A stretch of DNA of 29,243 nt from Candidatus Nanohalarchaeota archaeon (GTDB taxonomy: Archaea > EX4484-52 > B79-G9), in the NCBI GenBank assembly GCA_030594795.1, contig JAUVEK010000001.1, positions 1-29,243 on the forward strand, given 5' to 3'. The notes beneath the pieces were generated by a model. It was not told where the DNA came from and searched no databases. It saw only the letters and a list, made by a program, of their open reading frames with translations. Each line of letters starts with the position of its first letter. The stretch's first letter is position 1. This document shows positions 23,416 to 29,243 of this stretch, piece by piece. The position numbers and the translations under genes were made by a program.

Positions 23416-24795
23416 TCACTTCGCCTTGCCCTTATAATATTTCTCCTTAATCCCGGGACTGACCCTTGTAAGCTCATCCTCTGGAATCGAGGAAAGCAGA
23501 TCCCACGAAATATCAAGAGTCTTTTCAATGCTCCTGTCCTCTTTCTTGCCCTGCCTTACAAACTTATCCTCAAAGGCAGCAGCAAACTTCAGGAGCCTCT
23601 TATCGCGCTCAGAAAGCGCTTCTTCACCGACAATCGCTACAAGGCCTCTCAGATCTCTTCCTTCAGCATACCCTGCATACTGCTGGTCAGATACATCCTT
23701 ATGGTCCTCCCGGGTCTTGCCTTTTCCAATGCCTGAATTCATCAGGCGTGAAAGCGAAGGCAATACATCAACTGGCGGGTAGATATTGTTCCTGTGCAAT
23801 TCCCTTGAAAGCACAATCTGCCCCTCGGTAATATACCCGGTCAGATCAGGGATAGGGTGCGTAATATCATCCCCGACCATGGTAAGGATAGGTATCTGGG
23901 TAATAGACCCTTTTCGTCCCTTAATCATGCCTGCCCTCTCATAAATAGTAGCAAGGTCAGTATACATGTACCCCGGGTACCCGCGACGCCCGGGAACTTC
24001 CTCGCGCGCAGCCCCGATTTCACGAAGCGACTCGCAGTAATTAGTCATATCCGTCAATATCACAAGCACGTGCATATTCTTCTCATAAGCAAGATATTCA
24101 GCAGCAGTAAGCGCCATCTTCGGCGTAATCAGCCTCTCGACAGCCGGGTCATCTGCAAGGTTCAGGAATACTACTGCCCTTTCAAGCGCACCTGTCTGCT
24201 CGAAATCCGAGATAAAATACTGCGCCTCTTCATTCGTGATGCCCATCGCAGCAAACACGACAGCGAAATCGCCTTTCTGGCCGACCACTTTTGCCTGCCT
24301 TGCAATCTGCAGGGCAATCTCATTGTGCGGAAGACCTGAACCAGAAAATATCGGTAGCTTCTGCCCCCGGACAAGCGTATTCATAAGGTCAATCGTGGAT
24401 ATGCCTGTCTGAATGAAATCAGCAGGCGGGCTGCGCGCATAAGGATTAATAGCTGCCCCCATGATATTCATCTTCATCTCAGGAACAATCTCAGGCCCGT
24501 CATCAATTGGCTTGCCTGCACCTGAAAGAATCCTTCCAAGCATATCAGGAGAAACAGGAAGCTCAATAGTCTTTCCAAGGAACTTCACCCTTGAATTCCT
24601 GTCAATGCCGCTCGTACCTTCAAATATCTGAACAACCACGATGTCCTTTGACGTATCAAGCACCTGCCCACTCTTCACATCGCCATTAGGCATAGTCACC
24701 CTGACAATTTCACCATACCCGATATTCTCTGTCTTTTCAACAAAGACAAGAGGTCCTGCAATCCTTGTAATCGTCTTATATTCTTTCGCTGTCAT
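23416..24795 (-). CDS. atpB: A/V-type ATPase subunit B
   Basis: [52 protein letters not shown] and [14 protein letters not shown]. Confidence 0.98.
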   Translation of the reverse strand: MTAKEYKTITRIAGPLVFVEKTENIGYGEIVRVTMPNGDVKSGQVLDTSKDIVVVQIFEGTSGIDRNSRVKFLGKTIELPVSPDMLGRILSGAGKPIDDGPEIVPEMKMNIMGAAINPYARSPPADFIQTGISTIDLMNTLVRGQKLPIFSGSGLPHNEIALQIARQAKVVGQKGDFAVVFAAMGITNEEAQYFISDFEQTGALERAVVFLNLADDPAVERLITPKMALTAAEYLAYEKNMHVLVILTDMTNYCESLREIGAAREEVPGRRGYPGYMYTDLATIYERAGMIKGRKGSITQIPILTMVGDDITHPIPDLTGYITEGQIVLSRELHRNNIYPPVDVLPSLSRLMNSGIGKGKTREDHKDVSDQQYAGYAEGRDLRGLVAIVGEEALSERDKRLLKFAAAFEDKFVRQGKKEDRSIEKTLDISWDLLSSIPEDELTRVSPGIKEKYYKGKAK

Positions 24796-24798
24796 TTA

Positions 24799-24809
24799 AA
24801 TCACCATCA
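24799..24809 (-). repeat. 11-bp direct repeat flanking the TA insertion (copy upstream of atpB)
   Basis: AATCACCATCA on + (TGATGGTGATT on minus), identical to 25642-25652. Confidence 0.5.
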
Positions 24810-24859
24810 TTCACATATATTCTGTATCATAAATTTATCATAACATAATCTCTCTGCTT

Positions 24860-25204
24860 TTATATCTCTCCCTCACCAATCATCTCTTTAATCTGCTCTT
24901 TCAATGCTGGCAGGCGCTCTTTTATAACTTTCCACACGATTTCATAGTCAATCCCAAAATAAAAATGAGTAATCTTGTCTCGCGTTTTCGCCATATCACT
25001 CCAGGGGATTTCTTTATATTTTTGCCTTATCTCTTCTGGAATATTTTTAGAAGCTTCTCCAATAATCTCAAGTTTCCTTACAACAGCACTTGAAGTCTTG
25101 TCATCTTCTGCAAACTCCTCATAACTCATGCTGCCGACAAATTCTTCAATCTTCAAAATGCTGTCAAGTATATCCTTGATGTACAGTCCATAATCTCTTT
25201 TCAT
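24860..25204 (-). CDS. hepT: HEPN (DUF86/HepT-like) RNase toxin
   Basis: AVVRKLEIIGEA, EIPWSDM and the Rx4HxY motif RDKITHFY. ATGA overlap with the MNT gene. Confidence 0.92.
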   Translation of the reverse strand: MKRDYGLYIKDILDSILKIEEFVGSMSYEEFAEDDKTSSAVVRKLEIIGEASKNIPEEIRQKYKEIPWSDMAKTRDKITHFYFGIDYEIVWKVIKERLPALKEQIKEMIGEGEI

Positions 25205-25503
25205 AAGTTCACTACCTCATGTAATATTTGTTTTTTGAGTTCTTTCCGCAGGACAGGTTTCCTGACCAGATCAACTTTTTTCTTTAAAATTTTCTCCATA
25301 TAGCGCTCAAGATTCAAAAACTCAAAAAGGTCAGGCACTTCATGAAATTCCACAAGGATGTCTATATCACTTCCTCTTTTCTGCTCGCCTCTTGCAAAAG
25401 AGCCGAATACACCGATCTTTTTCACCTTGTACCTGTCCTCGAGCAGCTTTCTATGCTCGCCGATGACATTCAAGGCACCTTCAAGTTCTTTATTCATCAT
25501 CAT
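25201..25503 (-). CDS. mntA: Minimal nucleotidyltransferase (MntA-like antitoxin)
   Basis: IGVFGSFARGEQKRGSDIDILVEF and KKVDLV. Start set to ATG 25503, behind SD GGAAGG. Confidence 0.92.
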   Translation of the reverse strand: MMMNKELEGALNVIGEHRKLLEDRYKVKKIGVFGSFARGEQKRGSDIDILVEFHEVPDLFEFLNLERYMEKILKKKVDLVRKPVLRKELKKQILHEVVNL

Positions 25504-25535
25504 AGTGTAACCTTCCATCAACTCTAAGCTTTTTA

Positions 25536-25640
25536 TTAATTTTCAGTGACCTTTGGGGTGACCCTTTCAGTGACCTTGTCATTCAAATACTCTCTGTCTT
25601 GCTTAAAAGTCACATCTTCTGATTCACGTTCATTTAACAC
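25536..25640 (-). pseudogene. Probable internally deleted remnant of an AlbA_2/Schlafen-HATPase-HTH regulator gene
   Basis: GTG-start 34-aa ORF MLNERESEDVTFKQDREYLNDKVTERVTPKVTEN behind SD GGTGA. Contains a 12-nt tandem unit, with TTTCAGTGACCTT at 25541 and 25565. Confidence 0.4.
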
Positions 25641-25641
25641 T

Positions 25642-25652
25642 AATCACCATCA
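25642..25652 (-). repeat. 11-bp direct repeat flanking the TA insertion (copy at the atpA stop)
   Basis: AATCACCATCA, includes the atpA TGA, identical to 24799-24809. Confidence 0.5.
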
Positions 25653-27413
25653 CTCCAACTTGTCAAACTCCTTATCCATCTCCTTCGCAGCAGACGAAAG
25701 CACTTTCTCATAATCCTTGTCAAACTTTGCATCTCCTATCTGATTCTTCGATTTCACTTCAAGTATCGTTGCTGCCCTCACGCCATTCTCAAGCGCAGCA
25801 TACGAAAGATCCGCATAATGCAGAATCGTCTTCAAAAGCATGTAACTCTTTTTCAGCTCGCTGTACATGTCCACGTCATGGAACGCATTCTGCTGAAGGA
25901 AAAACTCACGTATAAGCCGTGCAACCTCTAGGGTGACCTGCTCTTTTTCAGGCAGCGCATCACTTCCCACAAGCTGCACAATCTCCTGCAGTTTCTCTTC
26001 TTCCTGCAATATCTTCATGCAGCGCTCGACATGCGCTCTCCAGTCAGACGCGACATTTTTTGCAAACCATGTATCAAGAGTATCAAGATAAAGGCTGTAG
26101 GATGTCAGCCAGTTGATAGACGGGAAATGCCTTCTTTGCGCAAGCTTCGCATCAAGCGCCCAGAAGCACTTGGTAACACGTAGCGTATTCTGCGTGACCG
26201 GCTCAGAAAAATCCCCTCCAGGCGGCGAAACCGCCCCTATAATCGTGATCGAGCCCTCTTTGTCTGTCCCGAACGGCACAACACACCCTGCCCGCTCATA
26301 AAACTCCGCAAGTTTCGTAGAAAGATAAGCAGGATAGCCTTCCTCACCAGGCATCTCCTCAAGCCTGGATGAAATCTCACGCATAGCCTCAGCCCATCGC
26401 GAGGTGCTGTCAGCCATCAGGGAAACAGAATAACCCATGTCCCGATAATATTCAGCAATAGTGACGCCGGTATAGATTGACGCCTCACGTGCAGCAACAG
26501 GCATATTGGAGGTATTTGCAATCAGAACAGTCCTCTCCATCAGAGTCCTGCCTGTCTTTGGATCCTTCAGGTGCGGGAACTCAGTAAGAACCTCAGTCAT
26601 CTCATTTCCCCTCTCCCCGCATCCGATATAAACAACAATCTCAGCATCAGACCACTTTGCAAGACTCTGCTGCGTAACAGTCTTTCCTGCCCCGAAAGGC
26701 CCTGGAATAGCAGCGACACCGCCTTTTGCAAGCGGGAACAAGGCATCAAAAATCCTCTGCCCTGTAGTCAGTGGAACTGTCGGCACAAGCTTCCTCCTCG
26801 ACTTCCTTGAGTAGCGCACAGGCCATTTGTGCGCAAGCCTGAGCACGGTCCCGTCCTCAAGCTTCCCTATTTCTTCAGTAACATTGTAGCTTCCGCTCTT
26901 CAGCTCGGCAATTTTGCCGGACACATCAGGTGGCACAAGAATCTTATGCAGGACACTGGGTGTCTCCTGGACAGTCCCAAGAATATAACCGCCGCTGACC
27001 TTATCGCCCTTCTTCAGGCTCGCCTTGAAATCCCATTTCTTCTCCTGGTCAAGGCCTGGCGCATCAACGCCTCTCTTGATAAAGTCACCCATCTGCTCCT
27101 TTAAAACAGGGAGCGGCCTCTGTATCCCGTCATAGATTGACTTGAGAAGACCGGGGCCGAGCTCAACAGAAAGCGGCATGCCGGTATTGATAACCGGCTC
27201 ATCAGGCCTGATGCTTGTAGTATCTTCATAAACCTGGATGACGGTCTTTTCACCGTCTATCTGGATGACCTCACCCATCAGCTTTTCTTTTCCCACGCGC
27301 ACCACATCATACATGCGCGCACTTATATTCTTTGCAACAACCACAGGACCTGCGACCCTGTAGATGAATCCTTCCTTTCCTTTTTTTCCACTCTGAACAT
27401 CTTTTACTGCCAT
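25650..27413 (-). CDS. atpA: A/V-type ATPase catalytic subunit A
   Basis: Walker [31 protein letters not shown] and [12 protein letters not shown]. No intein. Confidence 0.98.
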   Translation of the reverse strand: MAVKDVQSGKKGKEGFIYRVAGPVVVAKNISARMYDVVRVGKEKLMGEVIQIDGEKTVIQVYEDTTSIRPDEPVINTGMPLSVELGPGLLKSIYDGIQRPLPVLKEQMGDFIKRGVDAPGLDQEKKWDFKASLKKGDKVSGGYILGTVQETPSVLHKILVPPDVSGKIAELKSGSYNVTEEIGKLEDGTVLRLAHKWPVRYSRKSRRKLVPTVPLTTGQRIFDALFPLAKGGVAAIPGPFGAGKTVTQQSLAKWSDAEIVVYIGCGERGNEMTEVLTEFPHLKDPKTGRTLMERTVLIANTSNMPVAAREASIYTGVTIAEYYRDMGYSVSLMADSTSRWAEAMREISSRLEEMPGEEGYPAYLSTKLAEFYERAGCVVPFGTDKEGSITIIGAVSPPGGDFSEPVTQNTLRVTKCFWALDAKLAQRRHFPSINWLTSYSLYLDTLDTWFAKNVASDWRAHVERCMKILQEEEKLQEIVQLVGSDALPEKEQVTLEVARLIREFFLQQNAFHDVDMYSELKKSYMLLKTILHYADLSYAALENGVRAATILEVKSKNQIGDAKFDKDYEKVLSSAAKEMDKEFDKLE

Positions 27414-27429
27414 TCATATCACCTGTAAA

Positions 27430-27738
27430 TCATTTATCCCATACATCAATACCAATCGATTTCTTAACCTTTCTCCTCAGGTCATCTTCACCTGCACTGT
27501 CCGTTGAAAGCACCACGCAAACAGGCTGCACTGAATTTTCAAGCTTGTCGCGAACCCTTACAGGCAGCCTGCTGACATCATCGCGCATCAGGACAAGCAC
27601 GCCAATGGACTCATCATCAAGCGCTTTCGACGTTTCCCCTGCAAGTTTTTCAGGAGTGACATTAATTATCCTCCTGACACCTGCGAGCCTGAAACCGATT
27701 GTAAATTCATTATCACCAAGTACAGCTATTTCACTCAT
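27430..27738 (-). CDS. atpF: A/V-type ATPase subunit F
   Basis: IAVLGDNEFTIGFRLAGV and LRRKVKKSIGIDV. Confidence 0.95.
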   Translation of the reverse strand: MSEIAVLGDNEFTIGFRLAGVRRIINVTPEKLAGETSKALDDESIGVLVLMRDDVSRLPVRVRDKLENSVQPVCVVLSTDSAGEDDLRRKVKKSIGIDVWDK

Positions 27739-28821
27739 TTATACCACAATACTCTCACTCATAAATTTTTCATCAAGTCCTGTAACCTTTGCACGGACAA
27801 GCATGCGCAAATTCCTGACCTCAATATCCTTCCCGATCATATATCCAAGTATAGGCCCTATGGACAGAGGGTGCTGATGCACCATCAGATCAGCCTGCGC
27901 AAGCCAGTGCTTTTCAAGAGCAACCTCAACGCTTCCAAGCTCATTCTTATTCTTCACATCATCCATGCACTTTTCAAGCACCTTATCATATCCTGTACCA
28001 GAAAGGCCCGCATACAGCTCATCATAATCCTTTGATTTCGCAAGCTTCAACAACCTGTCATGCGAAAGCCTCTCACCTGAAAATACAAGCTTGTCAACAA
28101 TAAAATCATATTTATCCTCAATATTTTCCCTGACAATCCTGAAAAGCACTCTCAGATTCAGGATATCTATCTCAGTTTTTATGAACTTCCTGATATATTT
28201 TCCCTGTCTTGGCATCCTCTGCGAAAGCTCCATAAACGCATTATAGTATCCCTTATCAAGCGCATTCTCAATACCATAAAGTGACTTGTTCTTATCATAC
28301 GCATCAATTGCGTCGACGACATCCTTACTCATTTCAACAACCTTTGATGACATTATTATCTCCCTGCCCGTTTCCTTTTTCAGCAGCGTATCAAGTTCAG
28401 CACTTCCAAGCGCACCCGCAGGAGTAAGCAGTTTTTTGATTTCATCATCATTCATACCTGAGGATTTCCCTCGAAGAATAGTCTTCAGGTTATAGATATT
28501 ATATCTCACAAGATACGCCCTGATAAGCATCTCAACCTTGTCGCTCGATATCCTTATAAGCTTATTAAAAGACCGCGCAGCATTCAGGTTAAGGGCAGCC
28601 TCGATAAGGTCAGCGCCGCTGAACTTCATTGCAAGTTCGTCAATCTCCTTTTTGTACACAGACTCGCCCATGAACTTTGTGATGCCGTCCGGGCTCATCT
28701 TCATCAATTTATCGTACTCATGTCTTTTAATCATGAAACTCTTCATGACACGCACCCTCGTGTTTACATAAGGGTATGTTCCAAGCCCGATTTTTGAATT
28801 TTCCGGCATTATATTCACCAC
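27739..28821 (-). CDS. atpC: A/V-type ATPase subunit C (AC39), main copy
   Basis: YPYVNTRVRVMKS, YNIYNLKTILRGK, EIDILNLRVLFR and PLSIGPILGYMIGKDIEVRNLR. No N-terminal TM. Confidence 0.95.
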   Translation of the reverse strand: MVNIMPENSKIGLGTYPYVNTRVRVMKSFMIKRHEYDKLMKMSPDGITKFMGESVYKKEIDELAMKFSGADLIEAALNLNAARSFNKLIRISSDKVEMLIRAYLVRYNIYNLKTILRGKSSGMNDDEIKKLLTPAGALGSAELDTLLKKETGREIIMSSKVVEMSKDVVDAIDAYDKNKSLYGIENALDKGYYNAFMELSQRMPRQGKYIRKFIKTEIDILNLRVLFRIVRENIEDKYDFIVDKLVFSGERLSHDRLLKLAKSKDYDELYAGLSGTGYDKVLEKCMDDVKNKNELGSVEVALEKHWLAQADLMVHQHPLSIGPILGYMIGKDIEVRNLRMLVRAKVTGLDEKFMSESIVV

Positions 28822-29243
28822 TTACAGATTTTTAAACAATATTTTCGAAACATCTTTCAGGTACTCGTCACTCACGTCCTCAAGCACGCTGTCAAATGTG
28901 CAGTCTATCCGCACATTTCCTTCCTTGTTTTCAACAATGACACCGCCGCAAATACCTGCCTCTTTTACCTCAAGCCCGCTGGAAATTGATTTGACAAGAG
29001 ACCGGTCTTTTGCATTAACATAGACGCACCTGGCGTCCGCTATCTCATCCATTGCTTTTTTTATCATTTTTCCATAAATCTTTTTTTTGGTTTTATCGTC
29101 GAACTCAAGGACTCTCTCTTTCAGCGCCTCAAACACCATCTCAATAACTTCCTTTTTGGCATCAAGCTCAATTCTTTTGCACCGGAGCTTCGTTGACGCA
29201 ATCTCTTTTTTCTCCATTGCCTCTATTACAGCCTCTGCTTCAC
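28822..29243 (-). CDS. atpE: A/V-type ATPase subunit E, main copy (5'-truncated by the window edge)
   Basis: GGVIVENKEGNVRIDCTFDSVL....VSKILF. The frame stays open upstream of ATG 29217 (EAEAVIEAM) to the window end. Confidence 0.92.
   Translation of the reverse strand, partial: EAEAVIEAMEKKEIASTKLRCKRIELDAKKEVIEMVFEALKERVLEFDDKTKKKIYGKMIKKAMDEIADARCVYVNAKDRSLVKSISSGLEVKEAGICGGVIVENKEGNVRIDCTFDSVLEDVSDEYLKDVSKILFKNL

Noticed and set aside
25650-27413. Intein in atpA
   Set aside because: The length (587 aa) and the uninterrupted [11 protein letters not shown] and GCGERGNE motifs show no insertion.
27536-27546. TTTTCAAGCTT match to the palindrome arm inside atpF (and AATCATGAAA at about 28729 in atpC)
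   Set aside because: Single arms within coding sequence, explained by codons (K-L-E-N), with no partner arm at the right spacing.
1-29243. tRNA, rRNA, transposase or integrase genes
   Set aside because: No cloverleaf or T-loop signature, no long GC-rich non-coding stretch and no DDE or tyrosine recombinase ORF was seen. Intergenic gaps are short and AT-rich.

Overview
Archaeal chromosomal window: A/V-type ATPase, archaeal MinD, TATA boxes about 25 nt upstream of leaderless starts, and GGAGGTGA Shine-Dalgarno sites. The surface-protein content suggests a DPANN lineage such as Aenigmarchaeota or a relative, but that is inference only. (1) 1-11.8 kb is a cell-surface locus: two paralogous large membrane-anchored multi-Ig proteins, two tandem paralogous secreted TasA/AbpA-like beta-sandwich proteins, a secreted transglutaminase-like enzyme, a coupled wHTH-MinD pair, and a WxL-like protein next to a PapD/WxLIP-like anchored protein. 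Together these look like an undescribed non-type-IV surface filament system. (2) 11.8-16.8 kb is a second, head-less A/V-ATPase module (H-I-x-K-E-C) whose c subunit carries an NtpK-type Na+ site. (3) 16.8-22.8 kb holds a CBS protein, a MacB/LolD-type ABC transporter with a COG1361 S-layer-domain protein, a secreted helical protein, a divergent membrane wHTH regulator and an ORFan. (4) 22.8-29.2 kb is the main ATPase operon (E partial, C, F, A, B, D), with an MNT-HEPN toxin-antitoxin pair inserted between A and B. A degenerate palindromic repeat array at about 4.4-4.7 kb coincides with a strand-composition switch and has a second copy at 18.6 kb. No rRNA, tRNA, CRISPR array or transposase was recognised. 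All family calls come from motif recognition by eye, not database searches.
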